Shown here: one piece after another, positions 1 to 9,447 of the stretch
Layout: each line of letters begins with the position of its first letter
Position numbering within the stretch: the first letter of the stretch is position 1
NCBI GenBank assembly: GCA_044222065.1
Contig: JBGAOA010000053.1
Coordinates: forward strand, 1-29,996
Direction: 5' to 3'
Length of the DNA stretch: 29,996 bases
From: Candidatus Eiseniibacteriota bacterium
GTDB lineage: Bacteria; Eisenbacteria; RBG-16-71-46
Translations under genes and position numbers: made by a program
Notes under the pieces: generated by a model
What the model saw: the letters and a program-made list of their open reading frames with translations, nothing else
What the model was told of the DNA's origin: nothing
The model's database searches: none

Positions 1-134
1 CCGCCGGGGCGGAGGCGGCGCGCCGGGCCTCGCCTCGACCCCGCGCGTGCGGCTTTGCTAGCCTTTCCGCCCGCGCGACCTGCCTGCCACCCCGAGCGCC
101 GCGCCTTCCGACCTCGCGATTCACCGGAGCCCCC

Positions 135-1751
135 ATGAACGAAACCGCCCGCCGCGTGCTGGTCGCGGTGCTCGTCTTCGCCGGATTCCTGGCGCTCTAC
201 CTCGCGACGACGGCGCCCGGGCTGCTGTTCCACGACAGCGGAGAGTTCCAGACGGTCGCGGCCGTCGGCGGAATCCCGCACTCGACCGGCTACCCGACGT
301 TCGTGCTCGCGGGCCGCGTGTTCACGGCCCTGCTGCCCGGCGACGTCGCCTGGCGCGTCAACGCGATGAGCGCGTTCTTCGGCGCATCGACGATCGCGCT
401 GCTCCTCGGAGCGCTCGTCGCGTTCGGCGTCCGGCTGCCGGCGGCCGCCGCGACGGCGATCGCGTTCGGCCTGTCGTTCACGTTCTGGCGTGCGACCTCG
501 CGCGCCGAGGTCTACACGATCGCGACGTGCTTCGCCGCGGGCGCGCTGCTCGCGGGCTTCCTCGCGTGGCGCCATCGCTCGTTCCGGCTCACGCTGCTCA
601 CCGGCTTCCTGATGGGGCTCACGGCGTGCTCGCACCTGAGCTACGCCCCGGCGATCGCGCTCGCGGGGATCGCGCTCGCCTGGCGCACCGCGCGCGACGT
701 GCGGCCCGCGATCCCGGCGCTGTTCGCGCTGCTCGCCGCGTTCCTGCTCGGCGCGGCGCCGTTCCTCTACATCCCGTGGGCCGACGCGCGGCACGTGCCG
801 GCGAACTTCCTCGACCACGTCGCGCGGCTCAAGTTCCTGCTCGCCGACACGACGACGCCGTTCGAGGCGCCGCTCGACAAGCTGCGCTGGCTCGTGCTGG
901 GCGGCAACTACTTCCCGCCGCGGCCGTTCGTCTTCCACCTGCGCCCGGCGGTCGTGAACACGTTCACGAGCGTTTCGATCCTCGCGCTGTTCGAACTCGG
1001 CCCGGTCGCGGTCGTCGCCGCGCTGTTCGGCCTCGCGCGCGAGTGGCCGGCCCGCCGCGCGCTCGCGGCCGTGCTCGTCGCCGGCCTCGCCGGCGTCAGC
1101 GTGTTCGCCTCGCTCGTCCAGGGCGGGCCGATGCTGCACCTGTTGCAGCTGCCCGCCATGCTGCTCGCGCTGCCGTTCATCGCGCGCGGCCTCGAGGCCG
1201 CCCTCGATGCGACGAGCCGCCGCGACGCCGGCACGCGCGGACTCGCGTGGCTCGTCGCGCTCGCGCTTCTCGTCGTGCCGCAGCACGCGCTCCGGCTGTA
1301 CGCGGCGGAGCACCCGATTCCGCCGAAGCGCCTGCACGTCGAGGAGGAGGGCGTGATGCCGCGCGCGGGCTGGTTCCCGTCGCTGCGCGGATTCGACGAC
1401 GCGCGTCGCTACACCGACGCGGCGCTCGCCGCCGCGCCCGAGAGCGCGCTCGTGCTCGCCGCGTGGACCGAGTACACGCCGCTCCGCCACCGGCTGCTCG
1501 TCGAGCACGCGCGGCCCGACCTGCGGATCGAGACCGCGATCGTCGAGGTCGAGCGGCGCAGCGCCGCGATCTGGCGCTCGGACCCGCTCACCGCGCATCG
1601 TCCGATCGTGCTCACGGAGTCCGGGCCCGCGCTCGATTCGCTGCGCGCCGAGACCGACTCGCTGGCGATGCCGGGAGGGCGCTGGCTGTGGATCGTGAAG
1701 CCCGAGGCGCGTCCGAGCGCGAGCGCGATCCCCGATTCGGCCGGAACGTGA
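135..1751 (+). CDS. DUF2723 / TMEM260-like membrane glycosyltransferase (GT-C fold, putative protein O-mannosyltransferase family)
   Basis: N-terminal TM helix, then DSGEF...GIPHSTGYPTF...WRVNAMSA and AEVY motifs typical of DUF2723 proteins; many hydrophobic segments; GGAG SD upstream of the ATG. Confidence 0.8.
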   Translation: MNETARRVLVAVLVFAGFLALYLATTAPGLLFHDSGEFQTVAAVGGIPHSTGYPTFVLAGRVFTALLPGDVAWRVNAMSAFFGASTIALLLGALVAFGVRLPAAAATAIAFGLSFTFWRATSRAEVYTIATCFAAGALLAGFLAWRHRSFRLTLLTGFLMGLTACSHLSYAPAIALAGIALAWRTARDVRPAIPALFALLAAFLLGAAPFLYIPWADARHVPANFLDHVARLKFLLADTTTPFEAPLDKLRWLVLGGNYFPPRPFVFHLRPAVVNTFTSVSILALFELGPVAVVAALFGLAREWPARRALAAVLVAGLAGVSVFASLVQGGPMLHLLQLPAMLLALPFIARGLEAALDATSRRDAGTRGLAWLVALALLVVPQHALRLYAAEHPIPPKRLHVEEEGVMPRAGWFPSLRGFDDARRYTDAALAAAPESALVLAAWTEYTPLRHRLLVEHARPDLRIETAIVEVERRSAAIWRSDPLTAHRPIVLTESGPALDSLRAETDSLAMPGGRWLWIVKPEARPSASAIPDSAGT

Positions 1752-2128
1752 AGCGCCCCGGCCGCGCGCGACGAGCGCGCCATGGTGCAGGTGAAGCTGC
1801 CGCGACCGCGTGCTAGCGTGCGGGCCGCGAGTCTTCGCGACGTTGGGTGCGCGCGTGCGGCCGCTGCGTCGCGGGCGAGGAAGAGAGGAAACGTGTCTTT
1901 GCGCTGGACGACGTTCGCCGAAGTGCCGGAATGCTGCGCGGGCGCGGGGCGCCCGCGGGCGGTGACGGCGGCGCGCGCGGCGCGTTCGGCGTCTGCCCGG
2001 GGCGATCGCGTCGGCCTCGCGAGCGACACGTCGCCGCGCCGCACCGTTCGCGCCGCCGCCGCACGACGGGCCGGCCCCGGGGTCGCGCTCGCGCGTCCCG
2101 CTCGAGCGCTTCGCGGTCATCGGCCTCG

Positions 2129-3769
2129 ATGACCGGCCTCCCCGACGCGCGTCCCCGGCCGTTCGAGGCCGCGATCGTCGAGTTCGCCGAGCGGAACGCT
2201 CGAACGCTCCTCGCGGCGACCTGCCTGATCCTCGGCCTCGGCGCGTGGGTGAACCGCTTCGTCCAGGACGACGCCTTCATCCTGCTCGTGTACGCGCGCC
2301 ACCTCGTCGAAGGGCGCGGGCTCGTCTGGCTTCCCGGCGAGCGCGTCGAGGGCTACACGACGTTCCTCTGGACGCTCGTGCTCGCGATTCCCAACGCGCT
2401 GCGCCTGGATCCGATCGCGTTCGTGTACGGCGCGGGCCTGCTCGTGTTCGAGGCAACGCTGCTCGCGACCTACGCGCTCGCGCGGGACGTGTTCGGATCC
2501 CGCCCGGTCGCGCTGCTGGCGCTGTGGGTGCTCGGGACAAACTACTCGTTCAGCGCGTACGCGACCGGAGGTCTCGAGACGCAGCTGCAGGCGTGCTTCG
2601 TCGTCGTGTCGCTGTGGTTCTCCCGCCGCGTCGGCGGCGGCCGGGGAGGGCCCGGAACGCTCGCGGCGCTTTCGCTCGCCGCCGCCGGAGCGCTCCTCAC
2701 GCGCCTCGATTCGGCGCTGCTGCTGGTCGTGCCGCTGGCCGCGAGCCTCGACGCGGTGCTGCGCGGGAGGAGCGCGACGAATCGCGCCGCGGCGCTCGCG
2801 TGCCTCGTGCTGCCGGCCGCGGCGCTCCTCGGCGCGTGGTTCGCGTGGAAGGTGCCGTTCTACGGCGACCTGCTTCCGAACACGTTCTACGCGAAGGCCA
2901 GCGCGATCTCGTCCTACCGCCGCGGCGTGCGCTACGTCCTGCTGTTCGCTCGCGAGTACGCGCTGTGGCCGTTCGCGATCGCGGTCCTGTTCGCGGCGCG
3001 CACGCTGCTGCGGGACGCGCGGACGACGATCGTCCAGTTCGCGAGCGTCGCGCTCTGGATCGCCTACATCGTGAAGGTCGGCGGCGACTTCATGGAGTTC
3101 CGCATGTTCGTTCCCGTGCTCCCGATCCTCGCGGTCTGGATCGCGGGCGTGCTCGCCGAACTCCGGCCGCGCGTCGTCGCCGCGGCGCTCGCGGCGGGAC
3201 TCGTCGCTTCGAGCGCCGTCCACCGGCTGACCTACGGCTTCGAGATCGAGATGGAGTCCGTCCCGATGCTCCACGCCTACGTGGCCGACCCCGACATCGG
3301 CTGGATCGGCGTCGGCCGGGTGCTCGGCCGCGAATTCGGCGAGGTGCGCGATTCGGTGCTGTTCGCCACGACGGCGGCGGGCGCGATTCCGTTCTACTCC
3401 GGGCTTCCCACGCTCGACATGCACGGACTCATGGACCGGTGGATCGCGCGCCACGGCGCGGTGCGGGATTCGAAGAAGCCCGGGCACCAGCGGTTCGCGC
3501 CGCTCGGCTATCTCGAGCGTCGAGGCGTGAACTTCGTGCTCGGCCATCCCCATCTCTTTCCCCTCGAACCGGAGATGAAGCGATTCCCGCTCGAGAGCTT
3601 CCTCGCGCTCGACTCGGCGGACGTCGTTCGGCCGGCGCAGGCGCGGCTCGTCGAGGTGCCGATCGGCCGGGGTCACGCGCTCACGCTGCTCTACCTCACG
3701 CGCACGCCGGCGCTCGACGCGCTGGTGGCGCGTCGGGGCTGGCGCGTCTCGGAGCCCTCGGACCACTGA
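2129..3769 (+). CDS. Multi-pass membrane glycosyltransferase, AftB-like (GT-C)
   Basis: DDAFI..YARHL..G.GLVW.PGERVEGYT, GLET, LPNTFYAK, GGDFM..R and GAIPFYS...DMHGLMD..IA...KPGH motifs. Start set at ATG 2129; the ORF-track extension from 1847 is low-complexity. Confidence 0.7.
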   Translation: MTGLPDARPRPFEAAIVEFAERNARTLLAATCLILGLGAWVNRFVQDDAFILLVYARHLVEGRGLVWLPGERVEGYTTFLWTLVLAIPNALRLDPIAFVYGAGLLVFEATLLATYALARDVFGSRPVALLALWVLGTNYSFSAYATGGLETQLQACFVVVSLWFSRRVGGGRGGPGTLAALSLAAAGALLTRLDSALLLVVPLAASLDAVLRGRSATNRAAALACLVLPAAALLGAWFAWKVPFYGDLLPNTFYAKASAISSYRRGVRYVLLFAREYALWPFAIAVLFAARTLLRDARTTIVQFASVALWIAYIVKVGGDFMEFRMFVPVLPILAVWIAGVLAELRPRVVAAALAAGLVASSAVHRLTYGFEIEMESVPMLHAYVADPDIGWIGVGRVLGREFGEVRDSVLFATTAAGAIPFYSGLPTLDMHGLMDRWIARHGAVRDSKKPGHQRFAPLGYLERRGVNFVLGHPHLFPLEPEMKRFPLESFLALDSADVVRPAQARLVEVPIGRGHALTLLYLTRTPALDALVARRGWRVSEPSDH

Positions 3770-3846
3770 GGCCGAGGCCCGCGGCGGAGTCCACCGGCGA
3801 GCCGGCCGCGACGATTCGTCCGAGCGTGGAGGCCGCCGTCGAGCGA

Positions 3847-3875
3847 TTGCCGCGCCCGGTTTCGCGGTGTAGTCT
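3847..3875 (+). promoter_or_regulatory. Putative sigma70-type promoter for the transketolase genes
   Basis: TTGCCG (3847-3852), 17-bp spacer, TAGTCT (3870-3875); GGAGG SD at 3909-3913 before TTG 3918. Confidence 0.5.
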
Positions 3876-3917
3876 GCCGCGACTTTTCGCACCCCGACCC
3901 GCGATTCCGGAGGCCTC

Positions 3918-4829
3918 TTGAGCCCGATCACGATTCCCGCGAGCGAACTCGAAGCGGCGCACCGGCAGGGCCGGCTCCAGTGGCCGGTGGACCGGCTGCG
4001 CGCGAAGGCGCTCGAGATCCGCCGCGACATCCTCACGCTGCTGACGAAGGCCCAGACTGGCCACACCGGCGGGCCGCTCTCGTGCGCCGACTTCGGCACG
4101 GCGCTGTTCTTCAACGAGATGAACCTCGATCCGAAGAACCCGAAGTGGCCCGATCGCGACTTCTGGACGTTCTCGATCGGGCACGTCACGCCCGTCATCT
4201 ACTCGCTCATGGCCGAGCGCGGTTACTTCCCGCTCAAGGACCTCATGCAGTTCCGCTCGTTCGAAGGTCACGCGCAGGGCCACCCCTCGACGCACGACAC
4301 TCCGGGCATCGAGGTGTCCTCGGGTTCGCTCGGGCAGGGGCTGTCGGTCGCGTGCGGCGTCGCGAAGGCGGCGAAGATCGACGGCCACGCGCGCCGCGTG
4401 TACTGCGTGATGGGCGACGGCGAGCAGCAGGAAGGGCAGATCTGGGAGGCCGCGATGTTCGCCGCGCACTACAAGCTCGACAACCTGTGCGGCATCATCG
4501 ACTACAACCACAAGCAGATCGACGGCGACGTGCAGGACATCATGGGCATCGCGCCGCTCGCCGAAAAGTGGCGGGCGTTCGGCTGGAACGTGATCGAACT
4601 CGACGGTCACGACTTCGACGCGATCCTCGCGGCCTACGCGGCCGCGCGCGCCTGCAAGGGCAAGCCCAGCGTGCTCGTCGCGCGCACGTTCATGGGACAC
4701 GGCGTGTCGTTCATGAACGACGACTTCCGCTGGCACGGCAAGCCGCCGAAGCCCGAACAGGGCGAAGCGGCGCTGAAGGAGCTCGGCACTTCCTACGCGG
4801 AGTGGTCCGAGCGTCTGCTCCAACACTGA
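3918..4829 (+). CDS. Transketolase, N-terminal (TPP-binding) subunit
   Basis: GHTGGPLS, QGHP, GSLGQGLS, GDGE..EGQIWEA...N TPP motif, DGHD and WHG; TTG start with GGAGG SD. Confidence 0.93.
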   Translation: MSPITIPASELEAAHRQGRLQWPVDRLRAKALEIRRDILTLLTKAQTGHTGGPLSCADFGTALFFNEMNLDPKNPKWPDRDFWTFSIGHVTPVIYSLMAERGYFPLKDLMQFRSFEGHAQGHPSTHDTPGIEVSSGSLGQGLSVACGVAKAAKIDGHARRVYCVMGDGEQQEGQIWEAAMFAAHYKLDNLCGIIDYNHKQIDGDVQDIMGIAPLAEKWRAFGWNVIELDGHDFDAILAAYAAARACKGKPSVLVARTFMGHGVSFMNDDFRWHGKPPKPEQGEAALKELGTSYAEWSERLLQH

Positions 4830-4893
4830 CGAGCCGGCGGCCGCGCCCGAGCGGCTGCGCGCCGGCCGAGCCCAGGCCCGAGGCCCTTTCGAA

Positions 4894-5868
4894 ATGACGG
4901 CGACTCCGATCACGCTGCCCGAGAAAGTCGAGATGAAGAAGACGCGCGAGGGCTTCGGCCGCGCGCTCGTCGCGCTCGGCGAGCAGGACCCGCGCATCGT
5001 CGTGCTCGTCGGCGACCTCGCCGAGTCCACGATGGTGCACTTCTTCGCCGAGCGCTTCCCCGAACGCTTCGTGCAGGTCGGGATCGCCGAACAGAACATG
5101 TGCAACGTCGCCGCGGGGCTCGCCGCCGCCGGCAAGATCCCGTTCTTCGCGACCTACGGCGCGTTCGCTTCGTGCCGTGCGGCGGACCAGATCCGCGTCA
5201 CGGTCGCGTACTCGAACCTGCCGGTGAAGATCGCCGGCGCCCACGGCGGCATCTCGGTCGGCCCCGACGGCGCGACGCATCAGGCCATGGAGGAGATCAG
5301 CATCATCCGCTCGATCCCCAACATGAGCATGATCGTGCCGTGCGACTACTGGGAGACCTACAAGGCGACGATCGCCGCGGCGAAGCATCCGGGCCCCGTG
5401 TACCTGCGGTTCGGCCGCGAGGACGTGCCGGTCGTGACGGGCGAGCAGACGCCGTTCGCCTTCGGCAAGGGCAACGTGTACGCCGAGGGGACGGACCTCA
5501 CGGTCGTCGCGTGCGGCGTCATGGTGTACGAGGCGCTGCGCGCGCGCGAGGCGCTGGCCGCGAAGGGCGTGAACGCGCGCGTTGTCGACCTGCACACCGT
5601 GAAGCCGCTCGACCGCGAGCTGATCGCGCGCTGCGCGCGCGAGACCGGCGCGATCGTCACGGCCGAAGAGCACCAGGTGAACGGCGGGCTCGGGGGCGCG
5701 GTCGCCGAGGTCGTCGTGTCGGAGCACCCGGTGCCGATGGAGTTCGTCGCCGTGATGGACCGCTTCGGACAGTCGGGCAAGCCCGCCGAGCTGATGGACG
5801 CGTTCGGCCTGCGCGCCGTGAACATCGTCGCCGCGGCGGAGCGGGCGCTCGCGCGCAAGAAGCGCTGA
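4894..5868 (+). CDS. Transketolase, C-terminal (pyrimidine-binding + C) subunit
   Basis: GIAEQNM, DQIR, GPDGATHQ, GPVYLRFGR, TVKPLD, EEH...GGLG and DRFGQSG motifs. Confidence 0.93.
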   Translation: MTATPITLPEKVEMKKTREGFGRALVALGEQDPRIVVLVGDLAESTMVHFFAERFPERFVQVGIAEQNMCNVAAGLAAAGKIPFFATYGAFASCRAADQIRVTVAYSNLPVKIAGAHGGISVGPDGATHQAMEEISIIRSIPNMSMIVPCDYWETYKATIAAAKHPGPVYLRFGREDVPVVTGEQTPFAFGKGNVYAEGTDLTVVACGVMVYEALRAREALAAKGVNARVVDLHTVKPLDRELIARCARETGAIVTAEEHQVNGGLGGAVAEVVVSEHPVPMEFVAVMDRFGQSGKPAELMDAFGLRAVNIVAAAERALARKKR

Positions 5869-5892
5869 GCGCGTCACGCGCGGGCCGCGCGG

Positions 5893-5922
5893 TTGACGCC
5901 CTCTTCCGGCCCCTCCTATAGT
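5893..5922 (+). promoter_or_regulatory. sigma70-type promoter of the tRNA-Leu/smpB operon
   Basis: TTGACG (5893-5898), 18-bp spacer, TATAGT (5917-5922), GC-rich discriminator, 12 nt before the tRNA. Confidence 0.7.
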
Positions 5923-5934
5923 CCCCGGCCGCGT

Positions 5935-6021
5935 GCGGAAGTGGCGGAACTGGCAGACGCACTAGATTCAGGTTCTAGCGCCCGCAAGGGTGTGGGGGTT
6001 CAAATCCCCCCTTCCGCACCA
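5935..6021 (+). tRNA. tRNA-Leu(CAG)
   Basis: Acceptor GCGGAAG/CTTCCGC + ACCA; anticodon arm CTAGA-TTCAGGT-TCTAG; long variable arm; GTTCAAATC T-loop. Confidence 0.97.
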
Positions 6022-6149
6022 TCTCTTCGCCCGCGCGACGGGCGATTCCGGGCCCGCGCGCGGCGATCGCGCCCGAGCGCCTCCGTCCGGACGGCGCCCG
6101 CACGATCCGCCGGGCCCGCGGTCGCGGATCGTGTCCAGGGAGAGCGCGC

Positions 6150-6626
6150 GTGAGCCCCAAGTCGGAGTCTCCCGATCGTCCGATCGCCCAGAACCGGCGC
6201 GCGCACCACGACTACGCCATCCTCGAGACCTACGAGGCCGGGGTCGTGCTCACCGGCACCGAGGTGAAGAGCCTGCGGCTCGGCAAGGCGAGCCTCGCCG
6301 AGTCGTACGTCGGGATCGAGAACGGCGAGGCGGTCGTGCGGCAGATGCACATCCCGCCGTACGAGCAGGGCAACCGCTGGAACGTGGATCCGGTGCGCAC
6401 GCGCAAGCTGCTGCTGCACCGCGCCGAGATCGGCGAGCTGAAGCGCGCGATCGAGCGCAAGGGCCACACGATCGTGCCGCTCAAGCTGTACTTCTCGAAG
6501 GGCTACGCGAAGCTGCTGATCGGCGTCGCGCGCGGAAAGCAGACGCACGACAAGCGCCACGCGATCGCCGAGCGCGACGCGAAGCGCGAGATCGCTCGCG
6601 CGCGCCGCGCGGCGGAGCGCGGATGA
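6150..6626 (+). CDS. smpB: SsrA-binding protein SmpB
   Basis: NRRAHHDY, EAGVVLTGTEVKSLR, RTRKLLLHR, GK..HDKR motifs. Confidence 0.98.
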   Translation: MSPKSESPDRPIAQNRRAHHDYAILETYEAGVVLTGTEVKSLRLGKASLAESYVGIENGEAVVRQMHIPPYEQGNRWNVDPVRTRKLLLHRAEIGELKRAIERKGHTIVPLKLYFSKGYAKLLIGVARGKQTHDKRHAIAERDAKREIARARRAAERG

Positions 6627-8032
6627 ACGTGCGCCGTGCCCCGCGACTCGCGGCCTTCGCGCTCGCGGCGTTCGCGCTCGCCGCCGGCGCGACGCGCGTG
6701 CGCGGCGCGGGCGCGACGCGCGTGCGCGGCGCGGCGCCCGAGACGGCGCCCGTCACGCAGCTCGACGGCGTGCCGTACGTGAGCGGGCGCGATTTCGCGC
6801 ACCTGATCGGCGCGACGCGCTACTGGCGCGCCGACCTGCGTCGGCTGTCGCTGCGCGCGGGCGTGCACCAGATCCAGGTCGTCGTGGACGACCCGTTCGT
6901 GCTGCTCGACGACCGCACGATCCGGCTCGACCATCCGGTGCGTTCGCTGCGCGGCGAGGTCCAGCTGCCGGTGGCGCTCGCGGACTCGCTGCCGCGCGAC
7001 ACGACACTCGCGCGCCTCGTCTACGACCCGCGCCGCGCGTGGGTCGCGAGCGCGCCCGCGGGCGGCGTCGTCGGCGCGCCGAAGCGCGCGCTCACGGGCG
7101 CCGGCGAGCGCTGGACGTTCCCGTTCGAGCGCTGCCGCGGCGCGACGGTCGTCGGGCGCGGCCGCACGCACTTCCGCGTCCGCTTCGACGGCTACTTCGC
7201 CGGCGCGCTGCCCGACTCGCTCGACCCCGACGGCGCCGTGCTCGCCGTGCGCGCGCTCGACGCCGCGAGCGGCTCGGTCCTCGAGTTCGCGCTCGATCCG
7301 GAGGTGCGCGGCTACCGCCTGAACGCGAGCGCGTCCGGCGCGACGCTCGAGTTCGCGCGCGAGGCGGGGGCGGGGCTCGAGCCCTTCGCGCCCGAGGGCG
7401 AGCCCGGGCCGCGACGCCTGCGCGTCGTCGTGCTCGATCCCGGCCACGGCGGAGACGACCCCGGGGCGGGCGACGGCGGGCTGATCGAGAAGGACGTGAC
7501 GCTCGCGGTCGCGCGCGCGCTCAGGCCCGAGCTCGAGCGCCGACTCGGCGCGCGCGTCGTGCTCACGCGTGACGCCGACGTCGCGCTGCCGCAGGAGAAG
7601 CGCGCCGAAGCCGCGAACCGCGCGGGCGCGGATCTCGTGCTGTCGCTGCACGCCGACGGTTCGCCGCTCGCGGCGGCCCGCGGCGTGTCCGCGTGGTGCG
7701 CGCCCGCCGTGTGGGCCGAGGAGTCGTCGCGCGCCGCGCTCCGCCCGGCGGTCGAAGTGCTCGCGTGGCGCGATGCCGGGCTCCGGCACGCCGTGCCGTC
7801 GCGCGCGCTCGCCGAAGCGCTGCTCGGCGCGCTCGACCTGCACGGCTACGGCCCGACGCGCGTGCACGAGTCGCTGCCGTATCCGCTGCTCGGCGTGAAC
7901 GCCCCCGGCGTGCTGCTCGAGTGCGGCATGCTGACCTCGGCGGCGGATCGCGCGCGCTTCGAGCCCGCGGCGCTCGGCGCGTTCGTGAGCGCGATCGCCG
8001 AAGGCGTCGAGGCGTGGCGGAGGAACGAGTGA
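6623..8032 (+). CDS. N-acetylmuramoyl-L-alanine amidase (Amidase_3) with signal peptide and N-terminal accessory domains
   Basis: VVLDPGHGGDDPGA, EKD, LTRD.D, SLHAD and LLECG supply the Zn/catalytic H-E-H-E residues; ATG overlaps the smpB stop (ATGA). Confidence 0.9.
   Translation: MNVRRAPRLAAFALAAFALAAGATRVRGAGATRVRGAAPETAPVTQLDGVPYVSGRDFAHLIGATRYWRADLRRLSLRAGVHQIQVVVDDPFVLLDDRTIRLDHPVRSLRGEVQLPVALADSLPRDTTLARLVYDPRRAWVASAPAGGVVGAPKRALTGAGERWTFPFERCRGATVVGRGRTHFRVRFDGYFAGALPDSLDPDGAVLAVRALDAASGSVLEFALDPEVRGYRLNASASGATLEFAREAGAGLEPFAPEGEPGPRRLRVVVLDPGHGGDDPGAGDGGLIEKDVTLAVARALRPELERRLGARVVLTRDADVALPQEKRAEAANRAGADLVLSLHADGSPLAAARGVSAWCAPAVWAEESSRAALRPAVEVLAWRDAGLRHAVPSRALAEALLGALDLHGYGPTRVHESLPYPLLGVNAPGVLLECGMLTSAADRARFEPAALGAFVSAIAEGVEAWRRNE
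6686..6733 (+). repeat. Perfect 24-bp tandem duplication (GATRVRGA x2) in the amidase signal-peptide region
   Basis: GGCGCGACGCGCGTGCGCGGCGCG occurs at 6686-6709 and 6710-6733. Confidence 0.9.
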
Positions 8033-8574
8033 CGCTCCGGCGCGCCGTCGTTTTCGGGCTCGTGCTCGCCGTGCTAGCGTTCGTCGCGCTGCGCTGGTGG
8101 GCGGGCACGCGCGCGCCGTCGCCGGTCGTCGCGACGGCCGCGGACACGAGCGGCGCCGGGGTGCGCGCCGTGTCGCTGTGGTTCGTCGCCGCGGACGGCG
8201 TGTCGCTCGCGAACGAGCGTCGCGAGCTGCCGGCGCGCGAGACGCTGCACGAGAGGGTCGCGATCCTCGTCGAGGAGCTCGCGAAGGGCCCGCGCGGCGC
8301 GGGAACGGCGGCGCTGCCCGCGGGCACGTCGCTGCTGCACGTGTACGAGGACGATCGGGGGCTCCTGACGGTGGACTTGTCGCGCGGATTCGTGAAGGGC
8401 TTCCGGGGCGGAGCGACGGCCGAGGGCCTCGCGATCGGCGCGCTCGTGCGCACGCTCGCGGACGACGTGCCCGGCGTGCGGCGCGTGCTCGTCGTGTGCG
8501 GCGGCGCACCGCTCGCGACGCTCGGCGGCCACGTCGCGCTCGACCGCCCGCTCGACGTCGAGGACTGGCCGTGA
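8029..8574 (+). CDS. GerMN (sporulation/germination) domain protein, membrane-anchored
   Basis: N-terminal TM; L.F...L..E.R, EEL..GP, LP.GT.LL, VDLS..F, ..V.TL, TLGGHV.L..PL pattern; GTGA overlap with the amidase stop; context next to murI/rph. Confidence 0.85.
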   Translation: MTLRRAVVFGLVLAVLAFVALRWWAGTRAPSPVVATAADTSGAGVRAVSLWFVAADGVSLANERRELPARETLHERVAILVEELAKGPRGAGTAALPAGTSLLHVYEDDRGLLTVDLSRGFVKGFRGGATAEGLAIGALVRTLADDVPGVRRVLVVCGGAPLATLGGHVALDRPLDVEDWP

Positions 8575-9416
8575 GCGCCGGCCACGATCCGCGTCCGATC
8601 GGCGTGTTCGACTCGGGACTCGGCGGCCTGACCGCGGTCCGCGAGCTCTTCCGCCGCCTGCCGAACGAGACGGTCGTGTACTTCGGCGACACCGCCCGGC
8701 TGCCGTACGGCAACAAGTCCGGCACGACGGTGACGCGCTTCAGCCTCGAAATCGCGCACTTCCTCGAACGCCACGACGTGAAGTGCCTGCTCGTCGCGTG
8801 CAACACGTCGTCCTCGTACGCGCTCGACGCGCTGCGCTCGCGGCTCGCGGTCCCCGTCGTCGGGGTGATCGAGCCGGGCGCGCGCGCCGCGCTCGAGGCC
8901 AGCCCGCACCGGCGAATCGGCGTGATCGGCACGCTCGGCACCGTGGGGAGCGGCGCCTACTCGCGCGCGATCGAGTCGATCGCGCCCGGCACGACCGTGC
9001 TCCAGCGCGCTTGCCCGCTGTTCGTGCCGCTCATCGAAGAGGGCTGGACGCGCCACGACGCGACCCGCGCGATCGCGACCGAGTACCTCGCGGAACTGCG
9101 CGCGGGCGGGCTCGAGAGCCTGATCCTCGGCTGCACGCACTACCCGCTGATCGCGCCGTTGCTCGCCGAGCTCATGGGCCCCGGGGTGCGCCTCGTGGAC
9201 TCGGGCGCCGAGGCGGCTCGCGCGGTCGAGCGACTGCTCGCCGATCGCGGCGCGCTCGCCCCGGCCGGCGCACCGCAGCACCGGTTCTTCCTGAGCGACG
9301 AGCCGCGCAACTTCCGCAAGGTCGCCGAGGCGTTCCTCGAGCGCGAGCTTCCGCCCGTCTCGGTCGTGGATCAGACCGACCTGCCCTGGTACGAGCGCGT
9401 TCCCGATCCGCGCTGA
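8571..9416 (+). CDS. murI: Glutamate racemase
   Basis: IGVFDSGLGG, GDTARLPYG, ACNTSS and LGCTHYP (both catalytic Cys); GTG overlaps the upstream stop. Confidence 0.97.
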   Translation: MSAGHDPRPIGVFDSGLGGLTAVRELFRRLPNETVVYFGDTARLPYGNKSGTTVTRFSLEIAHFLERHDVKCLLVACNTSSSYALDALRSRLAVPVVGVIEPGARAALEASPHRRIGVIGTLGTVGSGAYSRAIESIAPGTTVLQRACPLFVPLIEEGWTRHDATRAIATEYLAELRAGGLESLILGCTHYPLIAPLLAELMGPGVRLVDSGAEAARAVERLLADRGALAPAGAPQHRFFLSDEPRNFRKVAEAFLERELPPVSVVDQTDLPWYERVPDPR

Positions 9417-9447
9417 GCGGACGCGTCACCCCGAAAGGACGTCCCCG

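Noticed and set aside
5990..6622. N-terminal extension of the amidase ORF
   Set aside because: It overlaps tRNA-Leu and smpB; the real start is ATG 6623, followed by a signal peptide.
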